Shown piece by piece: positions 1-12,160 of a DNA stretch of 64,000 nt; position 1 is the first letter of the stretch, and each line of letters begins with the position of its first letter. Source of the stretch: Octopus vulgaris (Eukaryota); contig OX597835.1 in NCBI GenBank assembly GCA_951406725.2, positions 11,346,001 to 11,410,000 of the forward strand, written 5' to 3'. Under the pieces are notes generated by a model. It saw nothing but the letters and a program-made list of their open reading frames with translations, made no database searches and had not been told where the DNA came from. The position numbers were made by a program, and so were the translations under genes.

Positions 1-302
1 ATCGTAACTAATGAAAAGAGATAAATTTGATTGTGCTTAAAACTTCGTCAGTCATTTAGATTGAGTGGTGTTTTTTGTTTATTTGCTTTTTGTTTTTTTT
101 TTTGTTGTTTTTTTTGTATTGAAAGGGATTATGGGAATAGAAGTGATTGTAACAAAGATATTACAGAATCGGTTCTATTTTAGCACAGACTTACTCATAA
201 CAGGACTGGAATTCAGAAAATTGATAAAAATAAAATATATCAGTCACTTGCATAATGTTTCCACTACTTACTGCAGGCGGGGTTGGTTCTGTTTACGGCT
301 AG

Positions 303-555
303 ATGGACTGAGACAATATGAGTTAGTATTCATAGAAGGTGATGGGTCCTATTTACAACCTGGTGGACAGAGACAATATGAGTTAGTATTCATAGAAGGT
401 GATGGGTCCTATTTACAACCTGGTGGACAGAGACAATATGAGTTAGTATTCATAGAAGGTGATGGGTCCTATTTACAACCTGGTGGACTGATCCAATATG
501 ACTGATGAACACTCTTTACAGCTAGGTGGACTGATCCAATATTGTCTCAGTCCAT
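303..555. repeat. 60-bp minisatellite (3 near-identical copies plus degenerate partials) bounded by a perfect 17-bp inverted repeat
   Basis: Lines 301, 361 and 421 are nearly identical. ATGGACTGAGACAATAT (303-319) is the reverse complement of ATATTGTCTCAGTCCAT (539-555). Confidence 0.85.
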
Positions 556-1024
556 ATAATATTGCTGGCATTGTGCCAAAATGTGAAACCAATTTTATCA
601 CAACTTGAATCAAGTTTGTCCCACTGCGTGGCATCTTAAAAGCTGAAGCCTTTTGCATTTTCTCTGATTTTCTGCTTATTTGGTTAATATCCAGAATGGA
701 TACCAAGCCATCAAGAAACATTGTCCTTGTAGTATGTAGTTAGTTACTAAACCTCATGAAATTAAAGTTAAATTCTGAAACCTTTAGGATTTTAGAAATC
801 ATTTGGTAATGATATAAAGAAAACAAGATAAGGGTAAAGCATGTGTGAGCTCTTGTGTTACTGAGCTCATGTGACACAATGTGTGGTCTTAAAATATACG
901 TTTTCTCTTTGTAACAGGATGATAGCAAATTACTTAAAACATTTCACATATTTCTCGTTTGAATATAAATCTCTTGACTGTAAAGTTCATAGGCTAACCA
1001 AGATATTCTCATGGGATGTGATTA

Positions 1025-1342
1025 AATGAGGTTCAGTTATTAATATAGTCCCCTTGTAGTCATCCTGAAATGTAGCAACCATGTCAGCTTGAATGTCCTC
1101 GGAGGCTAAGCCATTTATCTGCAGGTACTTGATGACACCACGATGCCAAATTTTGTCAGTTTGTTAGACGAATCGATAGTAATTTGTCTTGAAGTTTTCT
1201 TTGAACAATCAGATTTCAGTTTGGCTGGAAAGAAACAATGCAGTTATTAATAAGGAGAGTTGAAATTAATGCACGCAAGATTTCACAGCCCTAGCGTCAC
1301 TCCTTCATAGTCAACCTATAAACTTTTCAGCCCCACCTCATG
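1025..1342 (-). mobile_element. Mariner DNA transposon 5' end relic (TIR plus N-terminal HTH coding fragment), copy 1
   Basis: Minus strand begins with TIR-like CATGAGGTGGGGCTGAAAAGTTTATAGGTTGAC and encodes DKIWHRGVIKYLQINGLASEDIQADMVAT, typical of a mariner transposase N-terminus. Confidence 0.78.
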
Positions 1343-1959
1343 TATGTATGTGTATACACCCCAACACACACACGCACAATTCTGAGCCTGATCAAACAAA
1401 AAAAAATGACACTCTGGAGCACTTTTCACTCACCTTCTTTAGAAGATATGTCAGTCTTTTATATTCTTCTACAGAAGGCCCACCACCACCACTACCACCA
1501 TCACCACCACCACCACCTCCTAGCATTTTCACATTACAATTCTTTACAAATATTTCCTATCAAGTATATGTAGTGATGGACATGAATATCAATTTATAAT
1601 GCTACAAAAGTTTAGGGTTTTCCAGTTGCTCACTATAAACGTCTCCTTATCCGCAATGATTTGCCAATCTCTACAGCCTCTCCACTGAATTGCTTTTGTG
1701 TCTTGTCTCTAACGATGACACACACACTCTCTCTCTCTCTCTTCTATCCGTTCTCGATTCATGATGATAATGCTGTTGCTATGTTTGTTTCAAGAATATT
1801 CTTTTACTTTTATAAAGGCATTGATTTATTCCATCTCCATTGTCTGTCAAGATATTCTTTCCCACAGATACCATTGTCGTTTGCTGACAATGTTGTGTCC
1901 TGTAGGAAAGGTAGAATCACCGAACGGACATTTTTAGGTTTCTGCTGCTGCTGTTTCTC

Positions 1960-2270
1960 AAATGAGGTCAGTTATTGATATAGTCCCCTCATCCTGAAAT
2001 GAGCAACCATGTCAGCTTGAATGTCCTCGGAGGCTAAGCCATTTATCTGCAGGTACTTGATGACACCACGATGCCAAATTTTGTCAGTTTGTTAGACGAA
2101 TCGATAGTAATTTGTCTTGAAGTCTTCTTTGAACAATCAGATTTCAGTTTGGCTGGAAAGAAACAATGCAGTTATTAATAAGGAGAGTTGAAATTAATGC
2201 ACGCAAGATTTCACAGCCCTAGCGTCACTCCTTCATAGTCAACCTATAAACTTTTCAGCCCCACCTCATG
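1960..2270 (-). mobile_element. Mariner 5' end relic, copy 2 (created by the tandem duplication)
   Basis: Same sequence as 1025-1342. Confidence 0.75.
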
Positions 2271-2916
2271 TATGTATGTGTATACACCCCAACACACACA
2301 CGCACAATTCTGAGCCTGATCAAACAAAAAAAAATGACACTCTGGAGCACTTTTCACTCACCTTTCTTTAGAAGATATGTCAGTCTTTTATATTCTTCTA
2401 CAGAAGGCCCACCACCACCACTACCACCATCACCACCACCACCACCTCCTAGCATTTTCACATTACAATTCTTTACAAATATTTCCTATCAAGTATATGT
2501 AGTGATGGACATGAATATCAATTTATAATGCTACAAAAGTTTAGGGTTTTCCAGTTGCTCACTATAAACGTCTCCTTATCCGCAATGATTTGACAATCTC
2601 TACAGCCTCTCCACTGAATTGCTTTTGTGTCTTGTCTCTAACGATGACACACACACTCTCTCTCTCTCTCTTCTATCCGTTCTCGATTCATGATGATAAT
2701 GCTGTTGCTATGTTTGTTTCAAGAATATTCTTTTACTTATAAAGGCATTGATTTATTCCATCTCTATTGTCTGTCAAGATATTCTTTCCCACAGATACCA
2801 TTGTCGTTTGCTGACAATGTTGTGTCCTGTAGGAAAGGTAGAATCACCGAACGGACATTTTTAGGTTTCTGCTGCTGCTGTTTCTCATAATAGTAGTGGT
2901 GGAGGTAGTGGTGGAG

Positions 2917-3145
2917 GCGGCGAGATGGCAGAAACATGAGCACGCCGGGCGAAATGCTTAGCGGTATTTCGGCTGCTGTTACGTTCTGAGTTCAAATTCC
3001 GCCAAGGTCGACTTTGCCTTTCATCCTTTCGGGGTCGATAAATTAAGTACCAGTTACGCACTGGAGTCGATGTAATCGACTTAATACCTATGTCTGTCCT
3101 TGTTTGTCCCCTCTGTGTTTAGCTCCTTGGGGGTAATAAAGAAAT
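2917..3145 (+). mobile_element. tRNA-related SINE family M (central GCCTTTCATCCTTTCGGGGTCGATAAATTAAGTACCAG domain), monomer with 14-bp TSD
   Basis: B-box-like GAGTTCAAATTCC; many copies in the window; direct repeat AGGTAGTGGTGGAG at 2903-2916 and 3146-3159. Confidence 0.85.
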
Positions 3146-3289
3146 AGGTAGTGGTGGAGTCAGAGGCAGCAGCAGTGGTGGTGATGGTGGTCGTGGTTAT
3201 GGTGATGATGATGATGATGCACATGACATCTTCCCCATAACAACAGCATATTCGGCCATTTTCTCACACATCATTTCTCTTTTTTGTTT

Positions 3290-3459
3290 CTCTTTTCCTT
3301 GTTTCAGTCATTTGACTGTGGCCATGCTGGAGCACCGCCTTTAGTCGAGCAAATCAACCCCAGGACTTTTTGCCGAACCGCTAAGTTACGGGGACGTAAA
3401 CACACCAGCATTGGCTGTCAAGTGATGTTGGCAGGACAAACACAGACACACAAACATAT

Positions 3460-3513
<54 letters not shown>

Positions 3514-3672
3514 GATGGGCTTCTTTCAGTTTCCATCTACCAAATCCACTCACAAGGCTTTGGTCGATCCAAGGCTATAGTAGAAGACACTTGCCCAAGG
3601 TGCCATGCAGTGGGACTGAACCTGGAACCATGTGGTTTGTAAGCAAGCTACTTACCACACAGCCACTACTGC
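3290..3672 (-). mobile_element. tRNA-derived SINE family A
   Basis: Minus strand has head TGGCTGTGTGGTAAG...GGTTCAGTCCCA (A/B box-like), an internal (TA)n, and tail GCTCCAGCATGGCCACAGTCAAATGACTGAAAC; about 15 copies in the window. Confidence 0.85.
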
Positions 3673-3727
3673 ACCTACATCATTGTATGTACATATGCAT
3701 GTGTATGTGTATATATGTATGTATATT

Positions 3728-3766
<39 letters not shown>

Positions 3767-3828
3767 TATATATGTATATATATATACACACATACACATA
3801 CATACATGCATAAACATACACACATATA

Positions 3829-3870
<42 letters not shown>

Positions 3871-3966
3871 CATGTGTGTATGTTTATGCATGTATGTATG
3901 TGTATGTGTACATACACATATACATGTACACATACACATACATACATGCATAAACATACACACATG

Positions 3967-4008
<42 letters not shown>

Positions 4009-4753
4009 TACACACATGTGTATGTTTATGCATGTATGTATGTGTATGTGTACATGTATATGTGTATGTACGCTCGTATCTATGTGTATCTATGTACACA
4101 TTCATGTATGTACATGCGTGTGTATGAATGTATGTGACATGCTGTTAGAGGTTCTAGTGGTGGCGCCAGCAGAAGTGTCCCTGGTGTTAATAGGAGCCAC
4201 AACTGGATGCCATGCCAAGTTCATAATTCTTCCTCTTCGACTAACACTTAGTGTCTTTAGACCAATAAATTGACAACTGTCAAGTTTTGATCTGCTTCAG
4301 TGCACTCTCGCTGTTCCATTATTGACAGAAAATTGCCAAATCCAGTTGTCTTCATCAATTAGTATTCTTTGATTTTTTTGTCTTTTTTTGTATATTTTTT
4401 TTTTTTATTATATATTTTTCCTAGTTTCAGTCATTGAAGTACAGCCATGTTGGATCTCTATTTTCTGTGGGGGGTTTTTTAAGGAATTTTATTGGTCACA
4501 GACCTTTGTCCGTTTCTTATTTCATCGATTTCTGTGAGACACAGCTTGGCAGAATAAGCATCGTTATGTATTTTTAATTGATGATATTTTAGCTGTCACA
4601 TCACTCATATAAACACACAAACACACACCTGCATGAATGCACATATACAATTACTCACACATGCACGCATGCAGACACACCCAAACATGTAAAGGTATAT
4701 ATCTGTGTATGTATACCTGTATGTGTGTGTGTATATGTATGTATGTATGTATG

Positions 4754-4794
<41 letters not shown>

Positions 4795-4807
4795 TTGAAT
4801 AAATATC

Positions 4808-4907
<100 letters not shown>

Positions 4908-4921
4908 CACCTATATATATA

Positions 4922-5063
4922 TGGCGTTAGGAAGGGCATCCAGCTGTAGAAACACTGCCACATCTGACTGGCCTGGTGCAGCCTTCGGGCTTCCAGACCC
5001 CAGTTGAACTGTCCAACCCATGCTAGCATGGAAAGCGGACGTTAAACGATGATGATGATGATG

Positions 5064-5069
<6 letters not shown>
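4922..5069 (+). mobile_element. 5'-truncated RTE LINE 3' end with (GAT)n tail
   Basis: GGCGTTAGGAAGGGCATCCAGC...GGAAAGCGGACGTTAAACGATGATGAT matches the 3' end of the coding RTE copy at 14426-15367. Confidence 0.8.
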
Positions 5070-5136
<67 letters not shown>

Positions 5137-5179
5137 ATAAATATATGAGTGTGTATATATATATATATATATGGTGATG

Positions 5180-5600
5180 TGATTACATGGTTTTGTTCAA
5201 CTCAAAATAAAGGAAAAATCTTATTTTATACAATTTGCCATTCAATAATTATTGTTGGTCAATATTTCTGAATCTTTTAGATAAGGAATCGGCATTTGCA
5301 AGGAGGTTTGAGAATATTTCTTCTTTGGAAAGAGAGATAATCCAAACTGCCAGAAAAACATTAATCTCGTATAATGAAAAATATTGAACCCACAGTGATA
5401 TCTCTGATATTTTCGATGTTATGATGGGTCCCTCTGATTCCACCCAAATCACTGCCATAGTTGAGCTATTCTTATTATCAATTACTCAGGAGAAATTTCC
5501 AAATATTAGCGGGGCATTATGTAGAGATGATGCTTTATTTGCCATTTTGAACCTTCCCTTATGAAAAATTGATAGGATTAGAAAACAATTAGGGTCTTTA
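5180..5600 (+). pseudogene. Decayed Penelope-like retroelement reverse transcriptase fragment
   Basis: Manual translation: FIQFAI/NNYCWSIFLNLLDKESAFARRFENISSLEREIIQTARKTLISYNEKY*THSDISDIFDVMMGPSDSTQITAIVELFLL...ISGALCRDDALFAI...KIDRIRKQL. Matches recalled PLE RT motifs FIQFDI, FDVTMGS.D and LYRDDGL; one frameshift and two TGA stops. Confidence 0.8.
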
Positions 5601-5667
5601 AGGGATATAATTTAAATATATATATATATATATATAAATAGGAAATAGTGGCACAATATTTATAATT

Positions 5668-5699
<32 letters not shown>

Positions 5700-5700
<1 letters not shown>

Positions 5701-6065
5701 CTGTTCTAGTCATTAGACTGTGGCCATGCTGGGGTACCACCTGGAAGAATTCTAGCCCCGGAAATTGACCCCAGTATTTATCTGTTAAGCCCGGTACTTA
5801 TTGTACTCATATGTGATGCCAGACGATCAAGTTATGGAAACATAAACACACCAACACCGGTTGTGAAGAGTTCATAGGGGACTAACATGGAAAGAAAGAC
5901 ACACACACACACACACATATTCCTTTTTCGGTTTCTGTTTACCAAATCCACCCGCAAGGCTTTTTCTCAAGCTGTGACTATAGTAGAAGACACTTGTCCA
6001 TGGTGCCATGCAGTGGGATTGAACCTGGAACCACGCAGTTGGGAAACAAGCTTCTTCCTACACTG
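5700..6065 (-). mobile_element. SINE family A, older diverged copy
   Basis: Recognisable tail (tggccatgctgg) and head (accaaatccac...agaagacacttg...gcagtgggattgaacc) with many substitutions. Confidence 0.7.
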
Positions 6066-6544
6066 CCACAATGTTATAATTTGCTCTTTACCCTTTTGTT
6101 TGTTTTAATCATCATTGGACCGCAGCCATAATGGGCCACCACATTGACGTAGTTTTTAGCGAATCACATTAACTGCATCATTTACTGCAGCCTGGTACTG
6201 ATTAAATTGATTTCTATTTGTCACACTGCTATGTCATGGCTCATAAACACAGAAACGACTTTTTTGAGCAATACCAAACCTAAGCACCTATATACAGATG
6301 TCATCCTCTCTTCCTCCCTCTCCCTCTCAGCAATATATATTGGATGCACCAGCTGGTGGAGGTGTTCTCCTGCTTTTAAAACTAGCCGTAACATCGTTTC
6401 CTACAGAACGGCCATGTTTGAGTGGTGATAAGCATTAATTTTCAGTAGAGTTACTACTTTCATCTCTTACAGAAATTTTCTAACAAGCTAATTTGTTCTA
6501 CACACACAAACACACACACACACACACATTTATATTCTCTTTTA

Positions 6545-6736
6545 TTTTCTCTTTTACTTGTTTCAGTCATTTGACTGCGGCCATGCTGGAGCACCGCCTT
6601 TAGTCAAGCAAATCGACCCTGGGACTTATTCTTTGTAAGCCCAGTACTTATTCTATCGGTCTCTTTTTGCCGAACCGCTAATTGACGGGGACATAAACAC
6701 ACCAGCATCGGTTGTCAAGCAATGCTAGGGGGACAA

Positions 6737-6770
<34 letters not shown>

Positions 6771-6940
6771 ATACATATATACGACAGGCTTCTTTCCGTT
6801 TCCGTCTACCAAATCCACTCACAAGGCTTTGGTCGGCCCGGGGCTATAGCAGAAGACACTTGCCCAAGATGCCACGCAGTGGGACTGGACCCGGAACCAT
6901 GTGGTTGGTTAGTTAGCTACTTACCACACAGCCACTCCTA
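6545..6940 (-). mobile_element. SINE family A, full length
   Basis: Complete head-to-tail match to other copies. Confidence 0.88.
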
Positions 6941-7022
6941 TATATATAAACAGTTTAACATTAAACTAAATGATCACTCTTTACTTTTTAGAAGTTTCAG
7001 CTTGCTAACTTTCATGTGACTG

Positions 7023-7076
<54 letters not shown>

Positions 7077-7704
7077 CATACACACATACACACTAAAGGT
7101 GACTGGATTTTTGATAGTAATGGAGCAGCTCATTTTCAGTGAAGCAGAAGATGGCTTGTCAGTTGTCAATTTATTGGCGTATAGACACTAAATGGTAATT
7201 GAAGGAGAAGAAAATAAACTTGCTGTGACACCCAGTTGTGGGGTCCACTTAACACCATATATTTTGTAAATCTATACATAGGTTGTTCCGGACTACTGTA
7301 AGGTTCTGAGAGGAAAGAACAAAAAAAAAAAACTAAAAAAAACAACTGAATTTTAGTCAGTCAGCTGATGGGTTCCACTACCTCAAATGTTCTTAAAATT
7401 TAAATCCACATCTTTGTCTATATATCTACCTTCTGTATAATGTTACCACTTGATATGAAAATTATGTATTAATGGAAAACCTCTATTAATGGCTGATGAG
7501 TGCTCAGCATTTTAAAACTGTTGTAATACTTACAACATTTAATAAAATGATGTAGTGCAAAACGATCGTACCAAATTACCGGAGTTATTCTTGTTGCTTA
7601 ATTTGATTATAATCACCCCATGGATTTATATGGATAACACCATACAAAATTCTGGTGCTTCTAACTTAAGTACCATATTCATTTGAATCTAAATTTTTGC
7701 TGAA

Positions 7705-7706
7705 CT

Positions 7707-7737
<31 letters not shown>

Positions 7738-7770
7738 ATATATATATATGTATATATATGTGTGTGTATA

Positions 7771-7823
<53 letters not shown>

Positions 7824-7834
7824 GTATATATATG

Positions 7835-7887
<53 letters not shown>

Positions 7888-7970
7888 GTATATATGTATG
7901 TATGTATATATATATATGTATGTATATATGTATGTATATATGTATGTATGTATATATATATATGTATATA

Positions 7971-8022
<52 letters not shown>

Positions 8023-8091
8023 TGTGTATATATATGTATATATATATATAAATTTTATACTAACACTTACATATATATACATGTCTGTATA

Positions 8092-8123
<32 letters not shown>

Positions 8124-8215
8124 CATGCTCACACATGTGTGCATATAAACATATATAAGTATATGTGAGCTTTAACATGCATGTGTGTGTGTATGTGTGT
8201 GTGTGTGTGTGTGCT
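7705..8215. repeat. (TA)n/(TG)n compound microsatellite
   Basis: Direct reading. Confidence 0.95.
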
Positions 8216-8617
8216 TACATTTCTAATAAATGTCTTTGGAGCCATTCACATTCAACTCTGTAACTCCCTTCGACCCCAATTGTTTGTGAGTCGCTGTGTG
8301 TTCTTCCTTGAAGTGAACTCTGCTCCTCATTATACAAAGCTGAGAAAGGTTAACCGTTGAATCACTAATGAGCTTATATTAATTACATACATTTCCATAT
8401 TGAAGTAAATTCATTGTTGGTTATCCAAAGATTTAGTAGTGAATACGTCAACATTTTAAAGCAATGTAGCTGTCTGCTAATACTGAGTATCTTTCTCTCT
8501 CCCTCTCTTTCTCTCTCTCTGTCTATCTATCTATCTATCTATTTATCTCTCACCCTCATGTATGTGTGTGTGTGTGTGTGTGTGTGCATGCACACTGTAA
8601 GTAAAAAGGGTCCAAAT

Positions 8618-8652
<35 letters not shown>

Positions 8653-9529
8653 TATATGTTTATGTGTAGATTTAGGTGGGTCTGTGTGTGTACATATATA
8701 ATTATGCTTATGCATACCTTTACATTTATGTGTGTATACATATATATTTGTATGTATATATAAATATGTTAATGCTTGGTGTCCATTTCAAAACACTGAT
8801 ATGTACATATGTCTAGGGGGGTGGGGGTTTCTAAAAGTAATCCTATGTCTGTGAAGATAAATAGTAATTGCCCACTACCCATAAATGAGAATAAAATATA
8901 TTAACGAATCGCCACATACTTTGATATCTGATGTGTAGATTTGTCTCTGCCCATTTAGACAGACTTAATGGCAGCAAAATTTGCTTTAGTCCCTTCTCAA
9001 TTTTGATATGAAAAATATTCCACATTTGTCATTTTAGAATCTGAGTACTTTATTTGACAAATCTCAACACACCTATTATCTTTATTGACACCATTATGTT
9101 TGTTGCTCTGTCTGAAAGCCTTTATATAACTAGAGTTTTTAAAAAGTTTCTGATGTAATCTCTGATGATTTGATAGTGTAATCAGTATAAAGATTATTTC
9201 ATTATATAAAATATCATTGTTAATGAAATACAAATAGGAATATATTGAATGAACATAAAAATTTATCTCCACATTTGTTTTATATTTGTACTCTGTGTTC
9301 AAAATATAATGGAATGACAGTAACAAACTTGGAATAATAACTCATTTGCTCTTTGTATGTGAATTTTTTTGAAAGTATAACCAAACACACAATGTTCTAA
9401 ACATTGGTTCTGTGTCATCATGATCAATAAACTACACCTCACAAATACCACACACATTGTCCTATCCATGCATGCATGGAAAACGGACATTAAACGAGGA
9501 TATATATATATATATATATAAATATGTAG

Positions 9530-9650
9530 AAAAATACAAACTGGGACAAGAACGTAACACATTTAGAAGACGATAAATAAAACACGGACGGGACATTCGA
9601 AGCCTTCAATCTTCAGTCAAGAATCGGATCATCCTAGCAATTTTGGCTGA
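9530..9650 (-). mobile_element. Dispersed repeat terminus (possibly Penelope-like pseudo-LTR), related to 14125-14262
   Basis: aaaaatacaaactgggacaag...gggacattcgaagccttcaatcttcagtcaagaa is the reverse complement of 14160-14255; it abuts (TA)n. Confidence 0.6.
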
Positions 9651-10066
<416 letters not shown>

Positions 10067-10321
10067 CTTAATTAGTGCATCCAACCTAAATTGGATGTGT
10101 TCCCTAATTGCTAGTTTATTCACAGCCCCTGCTAACTTCATGTGGCACCACTGGTGGTTTTGTCTGTGTTGTACCATATCAGCTTGACTGATTTTTCATT
10201 CTGGCATTCAGTGCTCAGCTAATGATCCACACTTTATGGCGAAATCATGTGACACTGATGCTGATGGGAATTTCGTCAGCTGATACAGTTTGTGTTTTTT
10301 AGCATTTGTCATACACATGCG

Positions 10322-10712
10322 TGGAGGCGCAATGGCCCAGTGGTTAGGGCAGCGGACTCGCGGTCATAGGATCGCGGTTTCGATTCCCAGACCGGGCGTT
10401 GTGTTGTGAGTGTTTATTGAGCGAAAACACATAAAAAAGCTCCACGAAGCTCCGGCAGGGGATGACGGTGATCCCTGCTGTACTCTTTCACCACAACTTT
10501 CTCTCACTCTTACTTCCTGTTTCTGTTGTACCTGTATTTCAAAGGGCCGGCCTTGTCACTCTCTGTGTCACGCTAAATATCCCCGAGAACTACGTTAAGG
10601 GTACGCGTGTCTGTGGAATGCTCAGCCACTTACACGTTAATTTCACGAGCAGGCTATTCCGTTGATTCGGATCAACCGGAACCCTCGTCATCGTAACCGA
10701 CGAAGTGCTTCC
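10322..10712 (+). mobile_element. tRNA-derived SINE family B with tail type X
   Basis: Head GGAGGCGCAATGGCCCAGTGGTTAGGGCAGCGGACTCGCGGTC...GGTTTCGATTCCC has A/B boxes; the same head occurs at 51285-51431 (-) and 63735 (+). Confidence 0.82.
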
Positions 10713-10844
10713 ACATCCACATGAGATGACTTCTTGAGACGCTCATTGTAATGTAAAGTATTCTAAACAACGCATCCAATTCATCTTGGATGTACTAATT
10801 TGGCATTCATTACTAAGGCTGGTTCTTTCACTAACAGTATATAT

Positions 10845-11240
10845 TGGGAGTGGCTGTGTGGTAAGCAGCTTGCTAACCAACCACATGGTTCCGGGTTCAG
10901 TCCCACTGAGTGGCATCTTGGGCAAGTGTCTTCTGCTATAGCCCCGGACCGACGAATGCCTTGTGAGTGGATTTGGTAGACGGAAACTGAAAGAAGCCCA
11001 TCGTATATATGTATGTATATATATGCTTGTGTGTGTTTGTGTGTCTATGTTTGTCCCCCTAGCATTGCTTGACAACCGATGCTGGTGTGTTTACATCCCC
11101 GTCACTTAGCGGTTTGGAAAAAGAGACCGATAGAATAAGTACTGGGCTTACAAAGAATAAGTTCCTTGACTAAAGGCTGTGCTCCAGCATGGCCGCAGTC
11201 ATATGACTGAAACAAGTAAAAGAGTAAAAGAGTAAAGAGA
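10845..11240 (+). mobile_element. SINE family A, full length
   Basis: Head ggagtggctgtgtggtaag through tail gactgaaacaagtaaaagagtaaaagag. Confidence 0.88.
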
Positions 11241-11289
11241 GTATTGCAAGCAGGGTTAGACTACCACTACATCTTGCACACGAGTATCA

Positions 11290-11661
11290 ATCTCTGAGGT
11301 GGCACATGAAAAGTACCATTTGAGTGGGATCATTGCCAGCATCACCTTACTAGCACATTTGCCGGGGGTATGTGAAAAACAACATTTGAGCATGGTCGTT
11401 GCCAGTGCCACTGGACTGGCTCCAGTGTAGGTAGCGCATAAAAAACACCTTTTGAGCGTGGTCATTGCCAGAACTACCTGACTGGCCCTCGTGCCGATGT
11501 CATGTAAAAACACCCACTACACTCTCAGAGTTGTTGGCATTAGGAAGGACATCCATCTGTAGAAACTTTGCCAGGTCAGATTGAGCCAGGTGCAGCCTCT
11601 GGCTCACCAGTCTTCAGTCAAACCGTCCAAACCATGCTAGCATGGAAAACGGACGTTAAAC

Positions 11662-11694
<33 letters not shown>

Positions 11695-11955
11695 ACATAC
11701 ATACACAAGAAAAATGTGTTAAAAGTTTGTAAAAGCACCCACTACACTCTCAGAGTGGTTGGCGTTAGGCAGGGCATCCAGCTGTAGAAACCTTGCCAGA
11801 TCAGATTGAGCCAGGTGCAGCCTCTGGCTCACCAGTCTTCAGTCAAACCGTCCAACCCATGCCAGCATGGAAAACGGACGTTAAACGATAATGATGATGA
11901 TGATGATGATGATGATGATACATACATACACAAGAAAAATGTGTTAAAAGTTTAA
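11290..11955 (+). mobile_element. RTE 3' UTR/tail with a local ~225-bp tandem duplication that includes downstream flank
   Basis: 11510-11728 is repeated at 11733-11953, including the non-element flank atacatacacaagaaaaatgtgttaaaagttt. Confidence 0.78.
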
Positions 11956-12101
11956 TGTTTCTAGAGTCTATTGTCATTCTCTTTTATTGGGGCTGTTCTT
12001 GTTTTTCCATGTATGTGTGTGTGTGTGTGTGTGTGTGTGCATTTATGTGAGCATGCATCTATATGTGTGTGTGTCTGTTAGTGTGTATGAGTGTGTGTGT
12101 G

Positions 12102-12160
<59 letters not shown>

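Larger units (their letters stand above)
1024..2886. repeat. Near-identical tandem duplication, two ~930-bp copies (about 1024-1958 and 1959-2886)
   Basis: The block aaatgagg...ctgctgctgctgtttctc repeats head to tail with only a few substitutions and indels; the ORF track shows duplicated peptides. Confidence 0.93.

Noticed and set aside
65-505. 146-aa ORF with triple RQYELVFIEGDGSYLQPGG
   Set aside because: Arises from the 60-bp minisatellite; low-complexity N-terminus; no splice or homology support.
8843-9562. Overlapping minus-strand ORFs of 60-109 aa
   Set aside because: No recognisable domain or coherent exon structure; expected by chance in AT-rich DNA.
10322-10395. Possible tRNA genes (also ~51355-51431, 63735-63810, 15728-15790)
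   Set aside because: A/B boxes are present but there is no proper acceptor stem, and each continues into SINE body sequence; these are SINE heads.
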